NCBI GenBank assembly: GCA_964573995.1
Contig: CAZNLH010000002.1
Coordinates: 25,060 to 89,059 of the forward strand
Reading direction: 5' to 3'
DNA from: an uncultured Gemmatimonadota bacterium
GTDB taxonomy: Bacteria > Gemmatimonadota > CAZMKB01 > CAZNLH01
Length of the DNA stretch: 64,000 nucleotides
The notes beneath the pieces are model-generated. The model was not told the origin of the DNA. It saw nothing but the letters and a program-made list of their open reading frames with translations, and searched no databases. Within the stretch, counting starts at the first letter, position 1. The number at the start of each line of letters is the position of its first letter. This document shows positions 48,703-59,158 of this stretch, piece after piece. A program made the translations under genes and the position numbers.

Positions 48703-50004
48703 ATGGATCTCAAGAACAGGATTGAAAAGCGGACCGCCGGGGTAGTGGTCATAGGGTTGGGCTATGTGGGCCTTCCCCTCGCCGTGGAATACGCGGAGGC
48801 GGGCTTTCAAGTCACGGGCCTTGAGGTGGATGAAGGGAAGGTCGAACGGCTGAACCGAGGGGAGTCCTATATCCGGGATATTCCCGACAGCCGAATTCGA
48901 CCACTCGTTGAGGGGAAGTTGTTGTCGGCTACGACCTCGCCGTCTGTCCTGAAGGAGGGGGATATCCTATCGATTTGTGTTCCAACCCCCCTGAACAAGA
49001 CAAAAAATCCCGATATCTCTTTCATCTTATCGGCCAGCGAAGAGATCGGTAGACATATAAGGAACGGTCAACTGGTGATACTGGAAAGCACGACTTATCC
49101 GGGGACCACCGAGGAATTGATACGCCCGATACTTGAGAAGTCGGGTCTCAAGGTTGGGGTCGATTTCTACCTCGCTTACTCTCCCGAGAGGATCGACCCG
49201 GGAAACCGGGAGTACGTCATAAAGAACACTCCGAAGGTAGTCGGGGGGGTAACACGTGACTGCCTTAATCACGGCAGGTTATTCTATGAACAGGTCGTTG
49301 ATCGGGTAGTCCCGGTGTCGAGTACCCGCGCCGCCGAGATGGTCAAGTTGTTGGAAAACACATTTCGGAGCGTCAACATAGGACTTGTCAACGAGGTAGC
49401 GCTGATGTGCGAGGTCCTGGGGGTAGATGTCTGGGAGGTGATCGATGCATCAGCAACCAAGCCTTTTGGATACATGAAGTTCTATCCCGGTCCCGGCCTG
49501 GGGGGGCACTGTATACCGATTGATCCTCATTATCTCTCCTGGAAGCTGAAGAGCCTTAATTACTACGCGCGGTTCATCGAACTCGCAGGAGAGATCAATG
49601 CAAATATGCCTCGTTATGTGGTAGAGAAGGTCTCCAGTGCCTTGAACGGTGACAAGAAGAGTATCAATGGCTCCAGGATACTAATACTGGGGATATCATA
49701 CAAGAGGGATATCGATGACGTGCGGGAATCGCCGGCCTTGGACGTGATGAGGCTGCTCAACAGGAAGGGGGGGGAGGTCCTTTACAACGACCCTTACGTT
49801 GGAGAAGTAAGGCTGGACGGCGCGACTTTGAAGTCAAGGAACCTGACACCCGCCCTCCTCGAATCGGTGGATTGTGTGACCATCACTACGGATCATTCGG
49901 TTTACGACTATGATATGATTGTGAGGCACTCTCATCTGGTTGTGGATACCCGTAACGCAACGGCTCACGTGAAGGCAGCCGGTAAGAAAGTCATCAAGTT
50001 GTAA
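48703..50004 (+). CDS. nucleotide-sugar dehydrogenase (UDP-N-acetyl-D-glucosamine or mannosamine dehydrogenase family)
   Basis: N-terminal Rossmann VVVIGLGYVGLPLA and the catalytic Cys region GPGLGGHCIPIDP. A GGAAGGTGA ribosome-binding site precedes the ATG at 48703; the six-frame ORF begins at 48634. Confidence 0.8.
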   Translation: MDLKNRIEKRTAGVVVIGLGYVGLPLAVEYAEAGFQVTGLEVDEGKVERLNRGESYIRDIPDSRIRPLVEGKLLSATTSPSVLKEGDILSICVPTPLNKTKNPDISFILSASEEIGRHIRNGQLVILESTTYPGTTEELIRPILEKSGLKVGVDFYLAYSPERIDPGNREYVIKNTPKVVGGVTRDCLNHGRLFYEQVVDRVVPVSSTRAAEMVKLLENTFRSVNIGLVNEVALMCEVLGVDVWEVIDASATKPFGYMKFYPGPGLGGHCIPIDPHYLSWKLKSLNYYARFIELAGEINANMPRYVVEKVSSALNGDKKSINGSRILILGISYKRDIDDVRESPALDVMRLLNRKGGEVLYNDPYVGEVRLDGATLKSRNLTPALLESVDCVTITTDHSVYDYDMIVRHSHLVVDTRNATAHVKAAGKKVIKL

Positions 50005-50141
50005 CTTCGGGTCCGAACCCCCGATCTTGCCGTTTGACCCACGGAACAGACACCCCGGTGGCTGCGGGAAGGGATGGGCGGTAAAAGAGGAACGTGGACT
50101 CTACCCGATGCACAGGTGCCGTACATAGAGGGGAGTAATGT

Positions 50142-51092
50142 ATGAAGGTATTGTTGACGGGAGGGGCCGGATTCATCGCTTCGAACCTGGCCGAGGCATA
50201 CCTCGAAGCCGGTCACGATGTGACCATAATCGACAACCTGTCCCACGGAAAGCGTGAGAACGTCCCGGAGGGGGCCGAGTTTATAGAGATGGATATCACC
50301 GACCCCCGGCTGGGGAGTGTCTTCTCATCCGGAAGGTTTGATTTAGTCAACCATCATGCCGCCCAGATAGATGTAAGGGTATCCGTCCATGACCCTATCC
50401 TCGATGCGAGGATCAATCTTCTCGGCCTTCTGAACCTAACGGAGAACTGCAGGAAATACGACGTTGAACGGTTTATCTTCGCCTCATCCGGTGGCGTCAT
50501 TTACGGGGAGACCGACCTCCTGCCGGCGGTTGAGACTCTGCCTAAACTCCCTATGTCGCCTTATGGAGTATCAAAGTATGCAGGGGAATCGTACCTCTTC
50601 TATTATCGGATGTTGTATGGAATCAAGTGCGTAACGGTGCGGTACAGCAACGTCTACGGCCCGAAGCAGGACCCGGAAGGGGAAGCGGGTGTAATAGCAA
50701 TCTTTTCGAGGAATCACCTGAGGGGTGAATCTCCTACCATATTTGGCGATGGGGAACAACAGCGGGATTATGTCTTCGTGCGGGATATTGCCAGGGCCAA
50801 CCTGATGGTCTCCGAAGCAGATTTACACTGGGATGCAAAGGCTCCCGACGACCTGGCGTTTAACGTTGGGACCGGCGTCCCCACGAGCGTAAATGAACTG
50901 GCGAGGCACTTCAACTGCATCACCGGGAAGAACCGTCGCGCGAACTACGCCCCTCCGAGGGCCGGCGAATTATTTCGGAATTACCTGGATTGTGGAAAGA
51001 TCAGGAGATATCTCGGGTGGGAGCCCCAAGTCTCCCTCCGGGAGGGGCTTGAAATAACCTACAACTGGTTCTCGGAGCGATGGGAAGGTTAG
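50142..51092 (+). CDS. NAD-dependent epimerase/dehydratase (UDP-sugar 4-epimerase-like, extended SDR)
   Basis: LLTGGAGFIASNL Rossmann motif and a YxxxK motif (YGVSKYAGE). Confidence 0.8.
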   Translation: MKVLLTGGAGFIASNLAEAYLEAGHDVTIIDNLSHGKRENVPEGAEFIEMDITDPRLGSVFSSGRFDLVNHHAAQIDVRVSVHDPILDARINLLGLLNLTENCRKYDVERFIFASSGGVIYGETDLLPAVETLPKLPMSPYGVSKYAGESYLFYYRMLYGIKCVTVRYSNVYGPKQDPEGEAGVIAIFSRNHLRGESPTIFGDGEQQRDYVFVRDIARANLMVSEADLHWDAKAPDDLAFNVGTGVPTSVNELARHFNCITGKNRRANYAPPRAGELFRNYLDCGKIRRYLGWEPQVSLREGLEITYNWFSERWEG

Positions 51093-51336
51093 GCTGATTC
51101 GGGCCCGTGAAGAAGAGGACCGTTTTGCTGGTGGCAGGCATTAAGGGCGTCGGTATTCTCGGAGGGAGTTCCCGCAGCGGCGAATGCCGGGTCTGTCATA
51201 ACCGAGCGAATCGTTTGCACCGGTGAGGCGATTTCCACACTCGCGAGGGATTCATTGTCGAGTAGTTGCCGGCTTGACTTTAGACCTTGGGGCGTCATTT
51301 CAACATTCAATAGATTGCCGGTAAGGAAAAATATAC

Positions 51337-52038
51337 TTGCTGATGGTTTATAGTTATCTCTCTATGGGTATTGCAGGTAACAGCGTGGCTCGCATGGTCC
51401 TTGATTCCGGTGTGTTCGTCAAGGCCATACTACTTGTACTGCTCCTTTTCTCCATCATGGCCTGGGCGGTGATTTTTCACAAGTACCGGTTATTCAAGAG
51501 AGTCGAAAGCGCAAACGCGCGTTTCCTTCGAATGTTCAGGGCGGGGTCCCTGAAGGATGTGTTCGATAGTTGTTCCTCCATGAGTTCTTCTCCACTGTCG
51601 GAGATCTTGAAGGATGGATACCGGGAACTTGAGATGTTCGGGGACGATGGGATTGAAGGAGGCGATCCTGAACTCTTACGTCAGAGCATATCGGCGGCCC
51701 TCGATATAAGATCGACAGAGGAGATTTCCCGTCTGCGTCATCATCTGGTCTTCCTTGCGGTGACGTCCAGTGTTTGCCCGTTTTTCGGTCTCCTGGGGAC
51801 TGTGTGGGGAGTAATGGACTCCTTCCTCTCGATGGGTGCCTATGGAACGGCCAATATCCAGGTCGTGGCGCCCGGAGTTGCAGAGGCATTGATCACCACC
51901 GTGGCGGGACTGGCCGCTGCGATCCCGGCAGTTATAGCATACAACTACTTTGCCAGTCGCCTGAGGCGAATCATCGAGGTGGTCGACGGCTTCTCCATGG
52001 AATTTACGAACGTGGCCGTCCGCGAGGTGTTGGGGTGA
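51337..52038 (+). CDS. tolQ: MotA/TolQ/ExbB proton-channel family protein
   Basis: Three transmembrane segments and the conserved C-terminal TolQ/ExbB region (GLLGTVWGVM ... VAPGVAEALITTVAGL). Confidence 0.8.
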   Translation: MLMVYSYLSMGIAGNSVARMVLDSGVFVKAILLVLLLFSIMAWAVIFHKYRLFKRVESANARFLRMFRAGSLKDVFDSCSSMSSSPLSEILKDGYRELEMFGDDGIEGGDPELLRQSISAALDIRSTEEISRLRHHLVFLAVTSSVCPFFGLLGTVWGVMDSFLSMGAYGTANIQVVAPGVAEALITTVAGLAAAIPAVIAYNYFASRLRRIIEVVDGFSMEFTNVAVREVLG

Positions 52039-52454
52039 AGAAGAGTACTCATGGATTGGAACAACTGCCTGATATAAATGTAACAAACCTGGTCGATGTC
52101 ACTGTCGTCCTCTTGATTATCTTCATGATTACCGCCCCGTTGATGCAGAGCAGCCTGGATGTGGATGTACCGCGGACCCAGGCGGAGCGGAGGGAAATAT
52201 TCGAGGGCTTGATGGTAGTGATAACCTCCAAGGGGGAAATTTATCTGGGGAATCAGCCTGTTTCGCTCAGTGCTTTTCAGTCCCGCCTTGAAAAAATGAT
52301 GCAGGAGGACCCGTCGCGGCCCGTTTACCTCAAGGCGGACCGCAAGGTCTCATACGGCAAAGTGGTCAGGGTAATAGGGGGGATCAAGGAGGCAGGAGTG
52401 ACGAATCTCGGCCTAGTTGTTAAACCCGAGGAGGAGAACCGGGAGGGGGGGTGA
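52035..52454 (+). CDS. tolR: biopolymer transport protein ExbD/TolR
   Basis: GTG start overlapping the tolQ stop (GTGA). Single transmembrane segment (INVTNLVDVTVVLLIIFMITAPL) and an ExbD periplasmic domain. Confidence 0.75.
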   Translation: MKKSTHGLEQLPDINVTNLVDVTVVLLIIFMITAPLMQSSLDVDVPRTQAERREIFEGLMVVITSKGEIYLGNQPVSLSAFQSRLEKMMQEDPSRPVYLKADRKVSYGKVVRVIGGIKEAGVTNLGLVVKPEEENREGG

Positions 52455-53110
52455 TCCCTATCACCGAGACAATGAGAACGGCAATCGGCCTCTCTCTCCT
52501 GACCCACCTCGCCTTCGGCACCATGATAGCACTGATCAGTCTTCATTCCAACGGGGCGGAATTAGTGGGTGAGATTTATTCGGTCCGCCTCCTGGAGTTC
52601 CCCACGGTCGCCGAACTAAAGGTGCCGGATGTCATCGATCAGGTCCGGCGCACGGAGCCTGTGAAGCCCATGCCGCCCGTTGAGGTTGAAAGGATCAAGG
52701 CCAGGAAGGAGCGTGTCGATGTAAAGGGGTCTCGAGCGGTAGAAGTCGCCAAGAAGACCGGGCTGGCTACGAAGGAGGGAAGAAAGAGCGGAATCGGAGG
52801 CCTCCGGGTTGAAGGCAAGGAGTTCGGATATCCCTATTACTTCGAGATAGTTCGTCGTCGTCTTCAGATGAATTTCCATAACCCATACGTAACTGCGGGG
52901 GGGGCGATAGTAAAGACAACGATCTTTTTCCAGATCACCACCTCGGGGAGGATCATTAATACTCGTGTCGAAAAGACTTCGGGGTATCCCGCTTTCGACC
53001 AGGCGGCAAGACGTGCCGTCCTTGCCTCGAACCCCTTCCCGTCTCTTCCCGAACCCTACCAGGGCGATGTCCTTGGAGTTCATTGCGACTTCCTTTCGGC
53101 CAGAGAGTAA
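52451..53110 (+). CDS. TonB C-terminal-domain protein (TolA-like energy transducer)
   Basis: N-terminal transmembrane segment, charged linker, and C-terminal TonB_C-like block (GYPAFDQAARRAV...FPSLP). Its position between tolR and tolB suggests a TolA role. Confidence 0.6.
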   Translation: MIPITETMRTAIGLSLLTHLAFGTMIALISLHSNGAELVGEIYSVRLLEFPTVAELKVPDVIDQVRRTEPVKPMPPVEVERIKARKERVDVKGSRAVEVAKKTGLATKEGRKSGIGGLRVEGKEFGYPYYFEIVRRRLQMNFHNPYVTAGGAIVKTTIFFQITTSGRIINTRVEKTSGYPAFDQAARRAVLASNPFPSLPEPYQGDVLGVHCDFLSARE

Positions 53111-54498
53111 TTGTGATACACAAGGCGAGGAATAGATCAACTCTTGGATTCCTTCGTGGCAGCCTTCTCGTTTATGCCGCCTCCGGCCTTGCATTGTTCC
53201 TCTTTCCGGTAAACGGTTGGGGGCAGAAGGAGATCAAGCTTGAGATTTATCCCTCGACGGACGAGAGGATACCGATCGGTATCGGAAGGTTCGACAGCAG
53301 GATCACCGGCAGCGGACTTTCCCGTGAAGTGTCGGGCCTGATCCGATCTGTTCTCGAAAGCGATCTTCGTTTCTCCCTCTACTTTCGTATCATCAGTGGC
53401 GAGGAGGGGTCCTATGGAACCGGGAGTGCTCCAGATCGAGGAACCGGGAAGCCCGCCCTTGAGGCATGGAAGGGACGTGGCGCCAAGTTCCTGGTCACGG
53501 GATCGTTCGGGCAGACGGGAGAGAGGATTCAACTTGAACTCAAGGTTATCAGCCTCTGGACGTTCAAGGAGATCGCACGCAGGCAATTTGAGACATCCAT
53601 CGAATCCCTTCGGTGGACCATTCACGGGATGGCCGATGCGGTTATCGAGACCGCTGCCGGCGAAAAGGGCGTATCGCAGACCCTGATCGCTTATGTCTCC
53701 GAGAGACAAGGAAAAAAGGGGCTCAACGTAGTGGATTATGACGGTTACAACGCGCGTCCCCTGACCGTGGGGGAAGAGATAGTCATGTCACCGGCATGGT
53801 CGCCTAATGGAAAGAAGATCGTGTTCACTTCATACCGCGACGACAACCCCAATATCTACCTCAGGGACCTTATGAACCACTCCGATACCCGGCTCCTGTC
53901 ATTTCCCGGCATCAACTCCGCGCCTTCCTGGTCGCCAGACGGACGTTACCTGGCCGTAACGCTCAGCAAGGATGGCGCCTCCGAGATATACAGGTATGAT
54001 TATAAGAGTTCGGTGCTTAGACGGTTGACCTATAACATGTCGATCGATACGTCGCCAGCCTGGTCGCCGAATGGGAAACAGATTGTCTTTACATCGGACA
54101 GGATGGGAAATCCTCACATCTTCATCATGGATTCGGACGGCAGCAACCTGAGGAGATTGACTCGCCTGAACCCCTATAACGACACACCGGTATGGTCCCC
54201 GCTCGGGGACAGGATAGCCTTCGTATCGAGGGAGAGGGGGGAACAATTCGATGTCTATACGCTGGGTATCATGAGCGGCAAGGTACGGCAACTCACAGCC
54301 GTCGGGAACAATACCCATCCATCATGGTCTCCCGACGGCCTGCACATAGTGTTCTCCTCTAACAGAGACGGCCAGGACGAGATATACACAATGAATTGGG
54401 ATGGGACCGGTTTGAAACGGTTGACTTACAACGGCGGGAACACGTCCCCGGCGTGGTCTCCCCGCCTGACATGGTACAAAGGGGGTGAGGGCCTATGA
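53083..54498 (+). CDS. tolB: Tol-Pal system beta-propeller protein TolB
   Basis: TolB N-terminal domain and six or more PD40 repeats (SPAWSPNGKKIVFTS, APSWSPDGRYLAVT, SPAWSPNGKQIVFTSDR, ...). An alternative GTG start at 53113 would remove the overlap with the upstream gene. Confidence 0.85.
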   Translation: MRLPFGQRVIVIHKARNRSTLGFLRGSLLVYAASGLALFLFPVNGWGQKEIKLEIYPSTDERIPIGIGRFDSRITGSGLSREVSGLIRSVLESDLRFSLYFRIISGEEGSYGTGSAPDRGTGKPALEAWKGRGAKFLVTGSFGQTGERIQLELKVISLWTFKEIARRQFETSIESLRWTIHGMADAVIETAAGEKGVSQTLIAYVSERQGKKGLNVVDYDGYNARPLTVGEEIVMSPAWSPNGKKIVFTSYRDDNPNIYLRDLMNHSDTRLLSFPGINSAPSWSPDGRYLAVTLSKDGASEIYRYDYKSSVLRRLTYNMSIDTSPAWSPNGKQIVFTSDRMGNPHIFIMDSDGSNLRRLTRLNPYNDTPVWSPLGDRIAFVSRERGEQFDVYTLGIMSGKVRQLTAVGNNTHPSWSPDGLHIVFSSNRDGQDEIYTMNWDGTGLKRLTYNGGNTSPAWSPRLTWYKGGEGL

Positions 54499-55313
54499 GG
54501 TTACGGGACCTGTTGAGAGTGAGGGGGTACGCTGCTTATCCGTTCATCCTGTCTGTCTTGATCGGGACGGGGTGCGCGACACGGCAGCAGGCCGTCGAGA
54601 TAGAGTCGAGCATGGCGGAGGTGAAGGAACAGAACGAGAAAACCAGCAAGGATGTCGCATCGTTACGTGACGCCGTGCTTGCGGAACACGATCTAATAAT
54701 GAACACGAAGGCGGACATCCTCGCGCAGATTTCCACACTGAAGGAACAGATTTCCATGATGGAAAACAGGCTAACGGAGGCAAAGAGCGAGGTACCGTTC
54801 GCACCGGAGGGAGAGGGGAAGATTGAGGAGGGAGAGATCACGCCCCCTTCATCGCCGGGAGGAGGGGAAGGCAAGAAGGCAGGTTCCGGGCCGGGGGTGG
54901 AGGCCAGGCAGGAGACCTCGGGCAAGGTGGAGGGTGGATCTCAAAGCGAACGAATTGCGTACGACACTGCATTTCTCGACATGACCAGGGGGAATTACAA
55001 ACTGGCCATCGATGGCTTCCGCTCTTTCATCGAGAACAACGGGTCGAGCCAACTCATGGATAATGCTCAGTACTGGATCGGGGAGTGTTATTATGCCCTT
55101 GGAGACCTTCACAAGGCGATAGAAGAGTTTGAACGGGTGGTTGATAACTATCCACGCGGCAACAAGATCCCGAGTGCCCTCTTCAAGATCGGCAAGTGTT
55201 ACTATGAACAGGGTGACATGAAGGCGGCGAGGAAATACTTTCAATCGGTTGTCGACGGCTACCCGAGTTCAGACGAGGCCCATCTCGCGGGAGACTACCT
55301 CTCGGAGATGTGA
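54495..55313 (+). CDS. cpoB: CpoB/YbgF-like protein: coiled coil plus TPR repeats
   Basis: Lipoprotein-like signal (LIGTGCA), an N-terminal coiled coil, and C-terminal TPR repeats (AQYWIGECYYALGDLHKAIEEF ... ALFKIGKCYYEQGDMKAARKYF), as in YbgF. ATGA overlap with the tolB stop. Confidence 0.7.
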   Translation: MRLRDLLRVRGYAAYPFILSVLIGTGCATRQQAVEIESSMAEVKEQNEKTSKDVASLRDAVLAEHDLIMNTKADILAQISTLKEQISMMENRLTEAKSEVPFAPEGEGKIEEGEITPPSSPGGGEGKKAGSGPGVEARQETSGKVEGGSQSERIAYDTAFLDMTRGNYKLAIDGFRSFIENNGSSQLMDNAQYWIGECYYALGDLHKAIEEFERVVDNYPRGNKIPSALFKIGKCYYEQGDMKAARKYFQSVVDGYPSSDEAHLAGDYLSEM

Positions 55314-55360
55314 CAACCCTGAGGCTGAGCCGGTTCACTGCTATTGAGAGGATATGAGTT

Positions 55361-55849
55361 ATGAAATGCCCCTTTTGCGGCCACGAGGAAGACAGGGTCG
55401 TCGATTCCAGGTCATCACGCGAAGGAAAGGCCATCAGGCGTCGCAGGGAATGCCTGGCCTGTAACGAGCGATTCACAACTTATGAATACGTGGAACAAAT
55501 CCCTCTTATGGTGGTCAAGAGGGATGGCAGCCGGGAGCCCTATGACCGCCAGAAGTTGCTTGGGGGGATCGTGACGGCGTGCAAGAAGCGTCCGGTTACC
55601 ATGGAGGCAATGGAAGCGGCCGTCAATGAGATCGAAAAGAACCTGGAGGACCTCGAGGTTAGAGAAGTAAAGAGCATCGTGCTTGGTGAGAAGGTTATGG
55701 AACGGTTGAAGGGACTTGACAATATCGCCTACGTCAGGTTCGCCTCCGTTTACCGGAAGTTCAAGGATACAACCGAATTTCTGGATGAGATCCATGAACT
55801 CTTCGACAGCCAGGGCCGCCCGGAAGATGGTACTAAAGCCGGGCGTTGA
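55361..55849 (+). CDS. nrdR: transcriptional repressor NrdR
   Basis: N-terminal zinc ribbon MKCPFCGHEEDRVVDSR...ECLACNERFTTYE followed by an ATP-cone domain. Confidence 0.9.
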   Translation: MKCPFCGHEEDRVVDSRSSREGKAIRRRRECLACNERFTTYEYVEQIPLMVVKRDGSREPYDRQKLLGGIVTACKKRPVTMEAMEAAVNEIEKNLEDLEVREVKSIVLGEKVMERLKGLDNIAYVRFASVYRKFKDTTEFLDEIHELFDSQGRPEDGTKAGR

Positions 55850-56664
55850 GAGAGATGGAAGAGCACGCGCGGGAACCTGGAGGGGAGGGTGGTCCCGGGG
55901 ATCCATCGACCGGTGTAGAGGAAGAAGACAACTATGAGATGACCTTCCTCGAACACCTGGAGGAACTGAGGTGGAGGATGCTCTGGAGCCTTGGTGCGAT
56001 CCTCGTTGGTACCGTCATCGGCTTCGTGCTGACCCAGCGAGGTGGGGTCATTGAGTTCCTGATCTCCCCCGTCTCCGGGCACATAGAAGGCAAGAAACTG
56101 GCGTACCTGAGCCCTACCGAGCCCTTCATGGTGACTTTAAAGATCGCCTTCTTCCTGGGCCTGATTATCGCGCTTCCGGTTATATTCTACCAGTTCTGGG
56201 CCTTCGTGGCCCCAGCCCTCTTGAAGAAAGAGAAGCACATATTCTTCCCAGCCATCCTTTCTTCCGTCGTCCTGTTTTTCCTCGGTGTGCTGATGGCGTT
56301 CGGGGTCGTGTTGCCTCTGGGGCTGGATTTCCTGCTCAGTTTTCAGAAATCGAGCCTGAAGCCGATGATTACTATCGGTGAGTACTTGAGTTTTGCGATA
56401 CATATCTCGCTCGCCTTCGGGCTCGTCTTCGAGATGCCGCTGGTGGTCAGCGTGCTTGCGTGGATGGGTATCTTGACCCCGGCCTTCATGAGGCAGAAAC
56501 GGCGGCACGCCTATGTCCTGATCTGCATAATGTCCGCCCTTCTCACGCCGGCTGATGTGGCCAGCATGATCATGATGGCTATACCGCTCCTCTTTCTCTT
56601 CGAGTTGAGCATATATCTCTCCGTGGTGGTCACGGCGAGGAGAAAGAAGGGGGTGGTGCCTTGA
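55846..56664 (+). CDS. tatC: twin-arginine translocase subunit TatC
   Basis: MTFLEHLEELRWRMLWS start motif and six transmembrane segments. A TTG at 55846 overlaps the nrdR stop; an alternative ATG is at 55855. Confidence 0.85.
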   Translation: MREMEEHAREPGGEGGPGDPSTGVEEEDNYEMTFLEHLEELRWRMLWSLGAILVGTVIGFVLTQRGGVIEFLISPVSGHIEGKKLAYLSPTEPFMVTLKIAFFLGLIIALPVIFYQFWAFVAPALLKKEKHIFFPAILSSVVLFFLGVLMAFGVVLPLGLDFLLSFQKSSLKPMITIGEYLSFAIHISLAFGLVFEMPLVVSVLAWMGILTPAFMRQKRRHAYVLICIMSALLTPADVASMIMMAIPLLFLFELSIYLSVVVTARRKKGVVP

Positions 56665-56680
56665 CGGGGGTACAGGACCG

Positions 56681-58999
56681 ATGCGCGCTTGTGTAACGTT
56701 CTGGCTTGCAGGGTTTCTGCTGACCTATCCACTTGGCGTGGCATTGGGTGGCGAAGGTGAGCCTGGCGCAGGGCCGCAGGCCGTGGGCGATTCCATTCCA
56801 GGCGCCCGGCAGGCAAGATCGGACTCCATACTCTCGCGTCTCAAGGGGACCGAGGGCGCTGTGACCTACTGGGGCGATGTCATTGAATCTCGAATGAAGG
56901 AGCATGCCATACTCATCATGGGAGAGGCCGGAATAAGTTTCGGTGAGGCCACGCTCCGGGCGGATTCCATCCGATATGACTATGATAGAGGTGAACTCAA
57001 GGCTACCGGCTCTCCGGTACTCGAGGATTTGAACGGGGTGGTGAAAGGGAAAAGAATGGGATACCGGCTTGACGAGAAGAAGGGGGTAATCAAGGAGGGA
57101 TCGACCTCTTATGACAAGTGGCTCTTCAAGGGGAAAGTGATCAGCAAGGTGGGAGATCGGGATATCTATGGAAAAGACAGCAGATTCACGACCTGCGACC
57201 TGGAAAAGCCCCATTACCACTTCTCGTGTTCAAGGCTCAAGTTGACCATTGGAGACAAGGTCATAGCGAGGTCGGTTGTCTTTTACGTCCGTGATATTCC
57301 GGTTTTTTTCATCCCGTTTTATATTTTCCCGATTCAAACCGGGAGAAAGTCCGGGTTCCTGAGGCCCAAGTTCGGGATCTTCAACGATGGAAGGCGGGGG
57401 CGCAGCGTAACTGATCTGGGGTATTTCTTCGCGTTAAGCGATTATTTCGACTTCACGGTGGCAAGCGATATCTATGAGAATGCCCGTTGGTCGCTGCGTG
57501 GGGAGGGACGTTACGCCAGGAGGTACAAGTACAGGGGGAACGTCTTCTATTCCTTTATCGACGACGCCCGGACACTGTCGAGGAGGAGCCTCCTCAGGTT
57601 CAGGCATGAACAGACACTCAACAGGGAGACGAACGTCATGGTTGAAGGCAACTTCGCCTCTGACCGGAGGATATACAGCGATAATTCTTACAATATCGAC
57701 GAGGTCCTTCAGCGATCGCTCAAGTCACGTGCTACATACAACCGCAGGGCTTCGTGGGGTTCCTGGTATCTCACCGGTTATAATGACTTCTCTCTGGAAA
57801 GGGATCGGACCAAGACTCAACTCCCCATTTTCAGCCTTTCCAAGAGCGCATCGCCCTTGTTCTCTGGAGTGCGCGATAGTAAGTGGTCCAACGGGATAAG
57901 TTACGGTCTCAGCACGCGATTCGAATCGACCCATATAAAGGATCAGGAGGACATCACGACTTACCAGGCCGCCAGGACAGACCTGGATTTATCGGATCCA
58001 CTAAAACTCTGGGGATTCCTCAACATGACACCACGCCTGAGAGTAAGCCAGTCCTCATACCATAACAGGAAAGGAGGGACCGGCTTCCTTCATCAGGAAG
58101 TTTACGAGGGTTCCCTCTCCCTCTTTACACGGCTGTACGGGATATTCAAGCGACCGGCGGTCGGCCCGTTGACCAGGTGGCGGCACACGCTGTCGCCCCA
58201 GGTCACTTATCACTTTCGGCCCGATTTCGATTCATCCCGTTTCAGCGGCCTTACCGGTTTTCCGGGCGTAACGGGTGAGGCGAATTCCTTTGGGCTCAGC
58301 CTGACGAACGACTTTGATGCGAAGTATCTCGATGGGGGAAAAGAGAAGCAGGTCTCGCTCTTCAGCCTCGTCCAGTCCACCTCGTACAGTTTGGTCAAGG
58401 CCAGACAGGAAGGGCAATCCGGGTGGGGTGATCTCTCCACGAGACTCGAATCGAGACCGAACAGGCGTTTCAACCTCTCGATCCAGATGTCTCACTCCCT
58501 ATTTGACGGTGAGACCTTCGACCCCTTCCTCTCCTCATCCACGATCTCTATGTCGATCAAGGGAAGGGGACATGACAATGAAGCCGACAGCCTCGCGTCA
58601 CTCGGTACCGCCGGATTGAACAAGGAGGGTAATGAACTGAGCGAGATCGTTTCACAACAGGAATACGCGGTTCCGAGGGAGATAGGCCGGTTGCCCTGGT
58701 CGTTGTCGCTCACGCATACCCTTTCAAGGAGCCGTATGGGTACCGGCCCTCTGCAGAGCCTGTATGGGACGATCTCCTTCAACCCCACACGAAAGTGGCG
58801 TCTTACCTACGCGGCGAGGTATAATGTCGAAGAGGGGCAGGTACAGAACCAGAGACTGATCCTCCGGCGGGACCTTCACAGGTGGGAGATGCTCCTCTCT
58901 TTCAGCAAACTGCCGGGGAATCGCTTGAGTTACGAGATGCGCGTGAACCTTATCGATTTGCCCGCGCTGGAGATAAAGCGGGCCATAAGGGAGTTCTGA
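56681..58999 (+). CDS. lptD: LPS-assembly protein LptD-like (OstA family) outer-membrane protein
   Basis: Signal peptide, N-terminal OstA-like beta-jellyroll region (KRMGYRLDEKKGVIKEGSTSYDKWLFKGKVI), and a long beta-rich C-terminal barrel region of about 770 aa. Confidence 0.6.
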   Translation: MRACVTFWLAGFLLTYPLGVALGGEGEPGAGPQAVGDSIPGARQARSDSILSRLKGTEGAVTYWGDVIESRMKEHAILIMGEAGISFGEATLRADSIRYDYDRGELKATGSPVLEDLNGVVKGKRMGYRLDEKKGVIKEGSTSYDKWLFKGKVISKVGDRDIYGKDSRFTTCDLEKPHYHFSCSRLKLTIGDKVIARSVVFYVRDIPVFFIPFYIFPIQTGRKSGFLRPKFGIFNDGRRGRSVTDLGYFFALSDYFDFTVASDIYENARWSLRGEGRYARRYKYRGNVFYSFIDDARTLSRRSLLRFRHEQTLNRETNVMVEGNFASDRRIYSDNSYNIDEVLQRSLKSRATYNRRASWGSWYLTGYNDFSLERDRTKTQLPIFSLSKSASPLFSGVRDSKWSNGISYGLSTRFESTHIKDQEDITTYQAARTDLDLSDPLKLWGFLNMTPRLRVSQSSYHNRKGGTGFLHQEVYEGSLSLFTRLYGIFKRPAVGPLTRWRHTLSPQVTYHFRPDFDSSRFSGLTGFPGVTGEANSFGLSLTNDFDAKYLDGGKEKQVSLFSLVQSTSYSLVKARQEGQSGWGDLSTRLESRPNRRFNLSIQMSHSLFDGETFDPFLSSSTISMSIKGRGHDNEADSLASLGTAGLNKEGNELSEIVSQQEYAVPREIGRLPWSLSLTHTLSRSRMGTGPLQSLYGTISFNPTRKWRLTYAARYNVEEGQVQNQRLILRRDLHRWEMLLSFSKLPGNRLSYEMRVNLIDLPALEIKRAIREF

Positions 59000-59158
59000 G
59001 GAAGATCGTGCAATATGTCTCATTCGGAACATTGCCGGGATCAAGAGTGTATCCCTTCGCACCTGACTCACTTGCGGTTTTCGACCGACTGTATATAATA
59101 TCATGACACGTGATGACGATGATCGACATGGCGGACATGAAAATATGAAAGGATTCCT

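Noticed and set aside
51774-52454. A 226-aa ORF beginning inside tolQ in another frame.
   Set aside because: Its C-terminal 139 aa are TolR, which is better explained by a GTG start at 52035 overlapping the tolQ stop. The upstream portion is merely an open frame across tolQ.
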